Sequence record: CAXNAD020000071.1
Strand: one strand, 5' to 3'
DNA length: 32,000 nucleotides
Positions within the stretch are counted from its first letter, which is position 1, and the number at the start of each line of letters is the position of its first letter. This document shows positions 19,274 to 29,519 of this stretch, in pieces. The translations under genes and the position numbers were made by a program. The notes beneath the pieces were generated by a model. It saw only the letters and a program-made list of their open reading frames with translations. It was not told where the DNA came from and searched no databases.

Positions 19274-19868
19274 TTCTTTATCTGTTTGGGTATCTCCTAT
19301 TTCTAGTGTTTTGCAGACTTGTGAAGTTATATATGATTATATTCCTAGATTTTGTTATCATCAAAAATTAATAATTGCGGGTAATTGTCGTATATGTTTA
19401 GTGGAGATTAATAATTCTCTTAAACCACAAGCTTCTTGTGCTTTACCCTTAATAGCTAATATATTTATTTCTACTAATACTGCTTTAGTTAAAAAAGCTC
19501 GAGAAGCTGTAATAGAATTTATTTTATTAAATCATCCATTAGATTGTCCTATTTGTGATCAAGGTGGTGAATGTGACTTGCAAGATCAAAGTTTAAATTT
19601 TGGTTCAGATCGTAGCCGTTTTTTTTTTTTTAAAACAACTATTTCGGATAAAATTTTAGGTCCTTTGGTTAAAACAGTTATAAGACGATGTATTTTATGT
19701 ACAAGATGTATTCGTTATGCTATTAAAATTGGTGGTATTAAAGATATAGGAACTACTAATCGTGGAGGTAAGTCTGAAATTGGTTTATACATCTCTAAAA
19801 TTTTAGAGATGGAATTATCTGGTGGTATTATTGAGTTATGTCCTGTAGGATGGGTTTTATCCTTATAA
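19257..19868 (+). CDS. nad11: NADH dehydrogenase subunit 11, N-terminal Fe-S domain only
   Basis: Cys motifs of the 75-kDa subunit N-terminus: ..PRFCYH......GNCRICLVE......SC.., ..HPLDCPICDQGGECDLQD.., ..CILCTRCIRY.. It ends at 203 aa with no molybdopterin-like domain. It overlaps the nad6 end by 17 nt. Confidence 0.85.
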   Translation: MRIFINSLSVWVSPISSVLQTCEVIYDYIPRFCYHQKLIIAGNCRICLVEINNSLKPQASCALPLIANIFISTNTALVKKAREAVIEFILLNHPLDCPICDQGGECDLQDQSLNFGSDRSRFFFFKTTISDKILGPLVKTVIRRCILCTRCIRYAIKIGGIKDIGTTNRGGKSEIGLYISKILEMELSGGIIELCPVGWVLSL

Positions 19869-19872
19869 AAAT

Positions 19873-20235
19873 ATGTATTATTTTAATGAATATTATGCTA
19901 TTTTAATTTTTTCTGGTATTAGTATTATTCTTGCTATTATTATTTTTGGAGCTTCTTATGCTTTAGCTATTGTTAAGTCTGATAGTGAAAAATTATCTTC
20001 ATATGAATGTGGTTTTGACCCTTATGAAGATGCTAGGAATGCTTTTGATGTTCGTTTTTATTTAGTAGCTATTTTATTTTTACTTTTTGATATTGAAACT
20101 GTGTTTTTATTTCCTTGGGCCCTTTCTCTATCACAGCTACCCTCTTTGGCTTATTGGTCTATATTAGACTTTTTATTTGAATTAGTTATTGGTTTTATTT
20201 ATGCTTGGAAAATTGGTAGTTTAGATTGGGAATGA
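19873..20235 (+). CDS. nad3: NADH dehydrogenase subunit 3
   Basis: ..EKLSSYECGFDP..DAR..FDVRFYLVAILFLLFDIE..FLFPWA.. is canonical ND3. Confidence 0.95.
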   Translation: MYYFNEYYAILIFSGISIILAIIIFGASYALAIVKSDSEKLSSYECGFDPYEDARNAFDVRFYLVAILFLLFDIETVFLFPWALSLSQLPSLAYWSILDFLFELVIGFIYAWKIGSLDWE

Positions 20236-20534
20236 GAGAAGTAGGTTTTGATTCAGATTTTAGACGTCGTCAATTTTTTTCTAAATACGAATCTAGACGA
20301 AATATTTTAAAATCAATTCTTTATTCACAAAATTTAAACTATAAAATAAGATGGTGGGCTCAATTAAATTTAAATAAATTACCAAGATCTAGTAGTATTT
20401 GTAGGGTTAAAAATCGATGTATTCAAACATCACGGTCTAAATCAGTTTTATCTAATTATAAATTATCACGATTACGTTTACGTCGTTTGGTTTCACGTGG
20501 ATTATTTCCTGGTGTCCGTAAAGCTAGTTGGTAA
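20232..20534 (+). CDS. rps14: ribosomal protein S14
   Basis: ..LN.LPR.SS..R.KNRC..T.RS..V...YKLSR..LR.L...G..PGVRKASW is the S14 signature. The ORF-track start at 20226 is TTG. The ATG at 20232 overlaps the nad3 TGA (ATGA). Confidence 0.85.
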   Translation: MREVGFDSDFRRRQFFSKYESRRNILKSILYSQNLNYKIRWWAQLNLNKLPRSSSICRVKNRCIQTSRSKSVLSNYKLSRLRLRRLVSRGLFPGVRKASW

Positions 20535-20572
20535 TAACAGTTTAATGATTTTATTTAAAGAAAAATATATAT

Positions 20573-21769
20573 ATGGGTTTAAAAAAAAGTGAATTTCAGT
20601 GTAAACTTCAACATTTTACTATTAATTTTGGTCCACAACATCCAGCAGCTCATGGTGTACTCCGTTTAATTTTAGAATTAAAAGGAGAGGTTGTTAAAAG
20701 AGCTGATCCTCATATTGGTCTTCTTCATAGGGGAACTGAAAAATTAATTGAGTCTAAAACTTATCTTCAAGCTTTACCTTATTTCGATCGTTTAGATTAT
20801 GTTTCTATAATATGCCAAGAGCATACTTATGTTTTAGCTGTTGAAAAACTTTTACAAACTTCTATCCCAATACGTGCTCAATACATTAGAGTATTGTTTG
20901 CAGAAATTACTAGAATTTTAAATCATTTACTAGCTGTTGGTTGTCATGCTATAGATGTAGGTGCTATAACTCCTTTTTTATGGGCATTTGAAGAACGAGA
21001 AAAATTGATAGAGTTTTATGAGAGAGTCAGTGGTGCTCGTATACATGCTAGTTTTTTTCGTCCAGGTGGTGTTAGCCAGGATCTTTGCTTAGGTTTATTG
21101 GATGATATTTATTTTTTTGCTACTCAATTTAGTGAACGTTTAGATGAAATGGAGGAAATATTGACAAATAATCCAATTTGGAAACAACGTTTAGTTGATA
21201 TCGGTATTGTTAAAGGAAAAGATGCTTTAGATTGGGGTTTTTCCGGTGTAATGCTTAGAGGTTCTGGTTTAATTTGGGATTTAAGAAAAAATCAACCTTA
21301 TGAGGTTTATTCAGATTTAAATTTTAATATAGCTTTAGGAACAAATGGAGATTGTTATGACCGTTATTTAATTAGAGTTGAGGAAATAAGACAATCTCTT
21401 CATTTAATTCATCAATGTTTAAATAAAATACCTAAAGGTTCTATTAAAGTTGAAGATGGTAAATTAAGTTCTCCCTCACGTGTACACATTAAGCAAAGTA
21501 TGGAAGCTTTAATTCATCATTTTAAGTTATATACAGAAGGTTTTATTCCGCCTGCTGGAGAAACTTATACTGCTACTGAAGCACCTAAAGGTGAGTTTGG
21601 TGTTTATTTAATTTCAAAGGGTATTAATAAACCATATCGATGTAAAATTAAAGCTCCAGGTTTTGCTCATTTACAAGCATTAGATTTTATATCAAAATCT
21701 CATATGTTAGCTGATGTTGTTACAATTATTGGTACACAAGATATTGTTTTTGGAGAAGTAGATCGTTAA
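20573..21769 (+). CDS. nad7: NADH dehydrogenase subunit 7
   Basis: ..[54 protein letters not shown].. through the C-terminal ..[14 protein letters not shown]. Confidence 0.97.
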   Translation: MGLKKSEFQCKLQHFTINFGPQHPAAHGVLRLILELKGEVVKRADPHIGLLHRGTEKLIESKTYLQALPYFDRLDYVSIICQEHTYVLAVEKLLQTSIPIRAQYIRVLFAEITRILNHLLAVGCHAIDVGAITPFLWAFEEREKLIEFYERVSGARIHASFFRPGGVSQDLCLGLLDDIYFFATQFSERLDEMEEILTNNPIWKQRLVDIGIVKGKDALDWGFSGVMLRGSGLIWDLRKNQPYEVYSDLNFNIALGTNGDCYDRYLIRVEEIRQSLHLIHQCLNKIPKGSIKVEDGKLSSPSRVHIKQSMEALIHHFKLYTEGFIPPAGETYTATEAPKGEFGVYLISKGINKPYRCKIKAPGFAHLQALDFISKSHMLADVVTIIGTQDIVFGEVDR

Positions 21770-21779
21770 TTAAAAAACA

Positions 21780-21853
21780 CGAGAGATGACGCAGTTTGGT
21801 AGCGTGTCTGCTTTGGGAGCAGAAAGCCGTAGGTTCAAATCCTACTTTTTCGA
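21780..21853 (+). tRNA. trnP(ugg): tRNA-Pro (anticodon TGG)
   Basis: Acceptor CGAGAGA/TTTTTCG (with G-U pairs), anticodon arm TCTGC-TTTGGGA-GCAGA, T arm GTAGG-TTCAAAT-CCTAC. Confidence 0.85.
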
Positions 21854-21961
21854 TTACCAATATTTTATTTTTTATTGATTAAGTAATCTCAATATAAGAG
21901 ATTTAATCTAATTTTTACAGAGATTTTACCAAACTTTATCTAATATAGTAAAGTTTATTAA

Positions 21962-23491
21962 TAATGAGTATGATCCTGGCTCAGGATGAAGGCTTTGAGT
22001 TTGCTTTAACACATGCGAGTCGAATGGTTAGAATATAATTTTTATTCCATGGCGTACGGGTGAGTAATAGGCGGGAATTTACCTTATACTTCGGGATAAT
22101 TCTATCTCTGCGGAGAGAAGGCAACAGAAAAATACCGAATCTTGATAGTTAAATATCGTTAAAGGATAATCCGGTTAAAGATAAGCCCGTCGAGTATTAG
22201 GTAGTTGGTGGATTAAAAGCTTACCAAGCCTATAATGCTTAGCTGGTCTGAAAGGACGATCAGCCACACTGGGACTGAGACAAGGCCCAGGTTTTTAAGG
22301 AAGCCAGCAGTGGGGAATCTTGGACAATGAGCGAAAGCTTGATCCAGCAAAACTTAGTGAGGGAGAGAAGGCTGATGTTGTAAACCTCTTTTCTAGTTGA
22401 GGATGATGACAGTAAATTAGGAATAAGTCCCGACTAACTTCGTGCCAGCAGTCGCGGTAATACGGAGGGGGCGAGCCTTATCCGGAATAACTAGGCGTAA
22501 AGGGTCCGTAGACTGTTTTAAGAAAGTTCTAAGTTAAATATTAAGGCTATACCTTAAAAAGGCTTTGAAAACAAGAAAACTTGAGTTCGATAAAGGAAAA
22601 TCGAATTTCCCAATGAGGGTTAAAATTCGTTGAAGTGGGAAGGAAGATCAGAGGCGAAGGCGATTTTCTGGCTCGATACTGACGTTGAGGGACGAAGGCA
22701 TGGGGAGCAAACAGGATTAGGAACCCTGGTAGTCCATGCTGTAAACGATGAGTGCTAACTCTTAGGATAACTTAGGGGTTAAGCTAAGGCATTAAGCACT
22801 CCGCCTGAAGAGTACGAGCGCAAGCTTGAAAATCAAAGGAATTGGCGGGGGCTCAAACAAGTGGTGGAGCATGTGGTTTAATGCGATGTTACGCGCGTAA
22901 CCTTACCAGTTCTTGTGATTTTGTCAATTTTCCGGGTAATCGGTTAATTTTGGAAATTTCAGGTGTTGCATGGCCGTCGTCAGCTCCGTGTCGTGAGATG
23001 TTAGGTTCACTCCTAAAACGAGCGTAACCCCCATCCATATCTGGTCAATGACTTTATGGAAACTGCCGACTATACGTTTGGAGGAAGGCGGGGATGAGGT
23101 CAGGTCTTCATGACCCTTATGAACTGGGCTACACACGTGCTACAATGGTAAAGACAACGAGTTGCAATGGTGTAAGCCGGAGCCAATCTATAAACTTTAT
23201 CTTAGTTCGGATTGGGGGCTGCAATTCGCCCCCATGAAGCTGGAATCACTAGTAATCGCGGATCAGGATGCCGCGGTGAATAAGTCACTGAGCCTTGCAC
23301 ATACTGCCCGTCACATCCTGGAAGTTTATTTGGCTTAAAGATTGTGGTTTATTTTTAATATAAATCAAAAATATAATTAAAGAGAGATTTTTTTATTCTT
23401 GATTTTTAATAAAGTAGATCCTTTTAAGGGAGAGATAGGCAACTGGGATGAAGTCGTAACAAGGTAGTCGTAGGGGAACCTGCGTCTGGAG
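21962..23491 (+). rRNA. rns: small-subunit (16S-like) rRNA
   Basis: 5' ..TGATCCTGGCTCAGGATGAA.., 530 loop GTGCCAGCAGTCGCGGTAATAC, ..ATTAGGAACCCTGGTAGTCC.., ..GCATGGCCGTCGTCAGCTCGTG-like, 3' ..AAGTCGTAACAAGGTAGTCGTAGGGGAACCTGCG. The ends are approximate (+/- 10 nt). Confidence 0.9.
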
Positions 23492-23507
23492 TTTTTTTTT
23501 ATTTATT

Positions 23508-23612
23508 TAGAAATATTTTTTTCTGTTTAGACCCATACCCGAAATCATACCGAACTCGAGAGTTATTGTCTGAACTGCCAAACATACTGAGAAATCTTGG
23601 GAACCATGGCAA
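23508..23612 (+). rRNA. rrn5: 5S rRNA (divergent mitochondrial form)
   Basis: ..CATACCGAACTCGAGAGTTA.. matches the 5S helix III/loop C region (CCGAAC..GAAGT.AA). ..CATACTGAGAAATCTTGGGAACC.. matches the loop E/helix IV-V region (GTACTG...TGGGAA). It sits between rns and trnA. I could not pair helix I, so the ends are uncertain. Confidence 0.55.
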
Positions 23613-23684
23613 GGGGATATATGTCAGTGGTAGACTATATGCTTTGCAAGCATAAAGTCGGCGGTTCGATCCCGTCTATCTCCA
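23613..23684 (+). tRNA. trnA(ugc): tRNA-Ala (anticodon TGC) with G3-U70
   Basis: Acceptor GGGGATA/TATCTCC, including the G3-U70 alanine identity pair. Anticodon arm TATGC-TTTGCAA-GCATA, T arm GGCGG-TTCGATC-CCGTC. Confidence 0.85.
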
Positions 23685-23695
23685 AAACTATTTTA

Positions 23696-23779
23696 GGATA
23701 AATGACTGAGTGGTCTAAGGTATTAGTTTTGAAAACTAACGCAGTAAAACTGCCGTGGGTTCGAATCCTACTTTATCCT
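23696..23779 (+). tRNA. trnS(uga): tRNA-Ser (anticodon TGA), long variable arm
   Basis: Acceptor GGATAAA/TTTATCC, anticodon arm TTAGT-TTTGAAA-ACTAA, long variable arm, T arm GTGGG-TTCGAAT-CCTAC. Confidence 0.85.
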
Positions 23780-23788
23780 TCTTTTTAT

Positions 23789-23876
23789 AGAGGTGTGGCT
23801 GAGAGGTTTAAAGCTTTGATTTGCTAAATCAATTTACACCCAAAGTGTATCGTAGGTTCGAATCCTATCATCTCTT
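23789..23876 (+). tRNA. trnS(gcu): tRNA-Ser (anticodon GCT), long variable arm
   Basis: Acceptor AGAGGTG/CATCTCT, anticodon arm TTGAT-TTGCTAA-ATCAA, long variable arm, T arm GTAGG-TTCGAAT-CCTAT. Confidence 0.85.
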
Positions 23877-23893
23877 TATTTTTTAATAAATGT

Positions 23894-23965
23894 AGGAGTA
23901 TAACTCAGAGGTAGAGTGTGTGCCTTACAAGCATGAAGACAGCGGTTCGATACCGTTTATTCCTA
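23894..23965 (+). tRNA. trnV(uac): tRNA-Val (anticodon TAC)
   Basis: Acceptor AGGAGTA/TATTCCT, D arm ACTC..GAGT, anticodon arm TGTGC-CTTACAA-GCATG, T arm AGCGG-TTCGATA-CCGTT. Confidence 0.85.
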
Positions 23966-26650
<2,685 letters not shown>

Positions 26651-26721
26651 GTACATAGTTGTTCTTTAAAAAGAAAGTAAGTCGTTCTTACTTACCCCAA
26701 TAACCTTTTAATATTACTAAT

Positions 26722-26796
26722 AGCGTTGTGGAGCAGATTGGTTAGCTTATTAGGCTCATGCCCTAAAGGTCGTAGGTTCAAATCCTACTGACGCTA
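26722..26796 (+). tRNA. trnM(cau): tRNA with anticodon CAT (Met, fMet or lysidine-Ile; function not resolvable by eye)
   Basis: Acceptor AGCGTTG/TGACGCT, anticodon arm TTAGG-CTCATGC-CCTAA (G at position 37), T arm GTAGG-TTCAAAT-CCTAC. Confidence 0.8.
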
Positions 26797-26836
26797 AACA
26801 AATAGCTTTTTATTTAGTATCGGATCTTCTGCGATA

Positions 26837-26862
26837 GGGGGGAGGGTTAAGGGAGGGGGGGG
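26837..26862 (+). repeat. G-tract mirror repeat G6-A-G3-TTAA-G3-A-G8 (potential G-quadruplex or H-DNA motif)
   Basis: Read directly: GGGGGGAGGGTTAAGGGAGGGGGGGG, with 22 of 26 nt being G. It lies in an AT-rich spacer, 4 nt upstream of trnL(UAA). Confidence 0.9.
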
Positions 26863-26866
26863 TTAA

Positions 26867-26949
26867 ACAATCTTGGTGGAATCGGTAGACACGTCAGACT
26901 TAAAATCTGTTTCTAATTTAGAGTATCGGTTCAAGTCCGTTAGATTGTA
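26867..26949 (+). tRNA. trnL(uaa): tRNA-Leu (anticodon TAA), long variable arm
   Basis: Acceptor ACAATCT/AGATTGT, anticodon loop CTTAAAA, long variable arm, T arm ATCGG-TTCAAGT-CCGTT (one mismatch). Confidence 0.85.
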
Positions 26950-26954
26950 TTAAA

Positions 26955-27027
26955 AGCAGGATAGTTCAGATGCTAGAACAATGGGCTCATAATCCATATG
27001 CCGGGGGTTGGAATCCCTCTCTTGCTA
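26955..27027 (+). tRNA. trnM(cau): second tRNA with anticodon CAT (Met, fMet or lysidine-Ile)
   Basis: Acceptor AGCAGGA/TCTTGCT, D arm GTTC..GAAC, anticodon arm ATGGG-CTCATAA-TCCAT, T arm GGGGG-TTGGAAT-CCCTC (unusual TTGGAAT T loop). Confidence 0.8.
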
Positions 27028-27046
27028 TTTTTTTCTGGTAGTTATA

Positions 27047-27111
27047 ACTCAGTTGGTTAGAGTATCAGGTTGTGGCTCTGAAAGTCGGGAGTTCAAATCT
27101 CCTTTTCTACC
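27047..27111 (+). tRNA. trnH(gug): tRNA-His (anticodon GTG) with encoded G-1
   Basis: An extra 5' G can pair with discriminator C, which is the His identity feature. Anticodon arm TCAGG-TTGTGGC-TCTGA, T arm GGGAG-TTCAAAT-CTCCT. The acceptor GTAGTTA/TTTCTAC has two U-U mismatches in my fold. Confidence 0.75.
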
Positions 27112-27127
27112 CTTAATTTAATATAAT

Positions 27128-27198
27128 GACTTGGTAGCATAATGGTAATGTTTTGGTTTGCAAATCCAATAATAGGGGTTCAAGTCCCCTCCTAGTCT
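27128..27198 (+). tRNA. trnC(gca): tRNA-Cys (anticodon GCA)
   Basis: Acceptor GACTTGG/CCTAGTC (U5-U68 mismatch), anticodon arm TTGGT-TTGCAAA-TCCAA, T arm AGGGG-TTCAAGT-CCCCT. Confidence 0.8.
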
Positions 27199-27205
27199 AT
27201 TCTAT

Positions 27206-27278
27206 TCCTTAATAGCTCATTAGGTAGAGCATATGGCTGTTAACCATAGGGTGATAGGTTCAAGTCCTATTTAAGGAG
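27206..27278 (+). tRNA. trnN(guu): tRNA-Asn (anticodon GTT)
   Basis: Acceptor TCCTTAA/TTAAGGA, D arm GCTC..GAGC, anticodon arm TATGG-CTGTTAA-CCATA, T arm ATAGG-TTCAAGT-CCTAT. Confidence 0.85.
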
Positions 27279-27294
27279 TTTACCTATTTAATTA

Positions 27295-27366
27295 GTCCAG
27301 GTAGCTCAGAGGTAGAGCGAAAGACTGAAAATCTTTAGGTCAGTGGTTCAAACCCGCTTCCGGACA
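27295..27366 (+). tRNA. trnF(gaa): tRNA-Phe (anticodon GAA)
   Basis: Acceptor GTCCAGG/TCCGGAC (A5-C68 mismatch), D arm GCTC..GAGC, anticodon arm AAAGA-CTGAAAA-TCTTT, T arm AGTGG-TTCAAAC-CCGCT. Confidence 0.8.
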
Positions 27367-27369
27367 ATA

Positions 27370-27747
27370 ATGAAATCTCTTTCAGATATATTTACTCGTA
27401 TTAGAAATGGCCAAATAGTATATAAAACATTTATTATTATACCTTCGGTTAATATTTGTTTAAAAGTTTTAAATATTATATGGGATGAAGGTTTTATTCA
27501 GGGTTATTCTCGTAGTAAAAATAACGAAATTTATATTATACTACGTTATATTAATGGTAGACCCGCTATTCGTCAGCTTACTGCTGTATCTCGTCCAAGT
27601 CAAAGAATTTATATCTCATCTTTGGATTTATGTCGTTTAAAGCCTAATTTGGGTCTTTTAATTTTATCAACCCCTAAAGGTATTATGAATATGGAAGATG
27701 CTATTTATCAGACTCAAGGTGGTGAAGTACTATGTTATATCGTATGA
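27370..27747 (+). CDS. rps8: ribosomal protein S8
   Basis: MKSLSDIFTRIRNGQ.. is the canonical S8 N-terminus, and the C-terminal ..GGEVLCYIV is S8-like. The ORF-track start at 27343 lies inside trnF. Confidence 0.85.
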   Translation: MKSLSDIFTRIRNGQIVYKTFIIIPSVNICLKVLNIIWDEGFIQGYSRSKNNEIYIILRYINGRPAIRQLTAVSRPSQRIYISSLDLCRLKPNLGLLILSTPKGIMNMEDAIYQTQGGEVLCYIV

Positions 27748-28223
27748 TAATTAGATTACCTCCAGGTGTTTATTTTATTAATCAAAATGGAAAAACAATT
27801 TTAAAAGGACCACAAGGTAATTTAATTTTAAAATTAAATTTTAAAGCTATTCAAAAGAAAAATGTTCTTTTTATTATAGTTTCTATTACTAATAAAGAAT
27901 ATTGTGAGTTGATTCAAGCTTTATTAGGGGTTGGTTTATCTTATTATAAAGAACTTTATTTAGAGGGGGTTGGTTATCGTGTAATTCAAAAAGAAAATAC
28001 TTTAATTTTCGAATTAGGTTATAGCCATCCAATTTCTATTTTTATTCCTTCGAAAATTAAAGTAAAATGTGTAAAAAATAAACTTTTTCTTAAATCTTGT
28101 GATTTACAGTATTTAAATAGGTTTTGTTCTTATTTGCGTAAATTTCGTTTTCCTGATCCTTATAAGGGTAAAGGTATTTTATATGTTGGAGAAAAATTAA
28201 TTAGAAAAGAAGGAAAGATTTAG
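27744..28223 (+). CDS. rpl6: ribosomal protein L6
   Basis: ..GPQG.L.......I......L.I.., ..L.L.GVGYRV......L.F.LGYSHPI...IP..I.V.., ..PDPYKGKGI.Y.GE.I..KEGK are L6 motifs. The ATG at 27744 overlaps the rps8 TGA (ATGA). An upstream in-frame ATG at 27732 is the alternative start. Confidence 0.8.
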   Translation: MIIRLPPGVYFINQNGKTILKGPQGNLILKLNFKAIQKKNVLFIIVSITNKEYCELIQALLGVGLSYYKELYLEGVGYRVIQKENTLIFELGYSHPISIFIPSKIKVKCVKNKLFLKSCDLQYLNRFCSYLRKFRFPDPYKGKGILYVGEKLIRKEGKI

Positions 28224-28229
28224 TTATTT

Positions 28230-28757
28230 ATGAAAACCAAATTTATTAAACATAAATCTTTATTTCAATATTTGATTAAAAAAAAAGCTTATATAGGTCC
28301 ACCTTTACCATATTTAGATTGTTCTTTATATCCATTTTTACATGGTAAAATAAATCATTTTTCTATTTATGACTTACAACAAAGTCTATTCATTTTAATC
28401 CAAGTTTTAAAGCTAGTTGAAAAATTAATTAGTGATGGTGGTAAAATTCTTTTTGTTGGTCCACCTAAAAAGTTTATAAAATCCATACATTATATTCCAG
28501 GTATTTCGGTATGTTCTAAGTGTGTATCGGATATTCGTTCATCAACTAATATAGATTTAATTATTATTTATAATGTAAATTCTAAAATACTCTATGAGGC
28601 TAAACAAAAAGGGGTTCCTATTGTAGGATTTGGTGGTTTAAATTTTAAATACGTAGATTATCCAGTTAGTTTAAATTTTAATGATAAAAATTTATTTAAG
28701 TGGCATATATACCTATTAGTACAGGCAATTATAAGGGGCTTTAATATTCGTTTTTAA
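28230..28757 (+). CDS. rps2: ribosomal protein S2 (short form)
   Basis: ..HFSIYDLQQS...L..VLKLVEKLISDGGKILFVGP.K.. and ..EA...G.PIVGF.......VDYP...N.. follow the S2 pattern (IIDL.KT...L..A......G..ILFVGTK ... E...L.IP.I...DTN..P..VDYPIP.NDD). Confidence 0.75.
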   Translation: MKTKFIKHKSLFQYLIKKKAYIGPPLPYLDCSLYPFLHGKINHFSIYDLQQSLFILIQVLKLVEKLISDGGKILFVGPPKKFIKSIHYIPGISVCSKCVSDIRSSTNIDLIIIYNVNSKILYEAKQKGVPIVGFGGLNFKYVDYPVSLNFNDKNLFKWHIYLLVQAIIRGFNIRF

Positions 28758-28784
28758 ATGTTATTTTGATGTTATTAATAATAT

Positions 28785-29504
28785 ATGAGATTAAAACCTA
28801 AATATAAATCTTGTATTTGGACTAAAACTGATATTTGGGGAGATTTATTAAATAAAAGAAAATTTTTGCGTCTTAAATGGGTTAAGACTTTTCGTATTTT
28901 AAAAGGACAAAAACGTCGTCGTAGAAGGAGGTTATATAAAGATTATAACTTTATAAAAACACGAAATAGATCAAATATTATTTTTAAATACCGAAAATGG
29001 GCTTTCCGTAATTATATAATATCTAATTTTTGTATAAAACGTTTTTATGGAGACCTTAAAGATAAATCATTTAGATTATTATGTAAAAAGATATGGAAAT
29101 ATCCATCTCCGTATTATTCTTTAATTCAATCTTTAGAAAGTAGGTTGGATACTACTCTTTTTCGTTTAGGTCTTTTCCCAACTATTTCAGCTAGTTCTCA
29201 ATCAATTAAGCATGGAATAGTTAGTGTTAACCATTGTAAAATAACTTCTTCATCTTATCGTGTGAAACCAGGAGATTTAATTGAAATTATACCAAATTAT
29301 CGTAAAATTGTTAAGTATAAAATTGGTCTTTTATATAGTAAAAGATTTCCTCGCTGGAAAATTAGTAATACTTTATCTTGGGTTGAAACTGATTACCCAA
29401 GTATAAGCTTTTTAATTTTAGATATCGTTAATCCTAAAGAAGTTTTTTACCCTTTTCGTTTAAATTTAGATGATATTTTGTGGTCTTCTCGGTTTTATTT
29501 CTAA
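28785..29504 (+). CDS. rps4: ribosomal protein S4
   Basis: S4 RNA-binding domain: ..LESRLDTTLFRLGL.PTI..S.Q.I.HG.V.VN......SY.VKPGD.IEI. Confidence 0.8.
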   Translation: MRLKPKYKSCIWTKTDIWGDLLNKRKFLRLKWVKTFRILKGQKRRRRRRLYKDYNFIKTRNRSNIIFKYRKWAFRNYIISNFCIKRFYGDLKDKSFRLLCKKIWKYPSPYYSLIQSLESRLDTTLFRLGLFPTISASSQSIKHGIVSVNHCKITSSSYRVKPGDLIEIIPNYRKIVKYKIGLLYSKRFPRWKISNTLSWVETDYPSISFLILDIVNPKEVFYPFRLNLDDILWSSRFYF

Positions 29505-29519
29505 TTCAAGTTTTAAAAA

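Noticed and set aside
21854-21961. Small hairpins in the trnP-rns spacer (AATCTC..GAGATT and AAACTTTA..TAAAGTTT) as a possible rRNA promoter
   Set aside because: The stems are 6-8 bp of A/T-rich sequence, which is expected by chance at this base composition. No recurring motif was found upstream of other transcription units to support a promoter call.
22842-23136. ORF-track ORFs 22842..23027 (+) and 22924..23136 (-), 61-70 aa
   Set aside because: They lie entirely inside the SSU rRNA, in conserved 16S blocks on both sides. These are chance open frames in the relatively GC-rich rRNA core.
23335-23445. AT-rich expansion of about 40 nt in the 3' minor domain (helix 44 region) of rns, as a possible insertion element
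   Set aside because: Length variation in this helix is common in organellar SSU rRNAs. The segment is flanked by the normal CCCGTCACA and GAAGTCGTAACAAGG blocks and shows no repeat borders or ORF.
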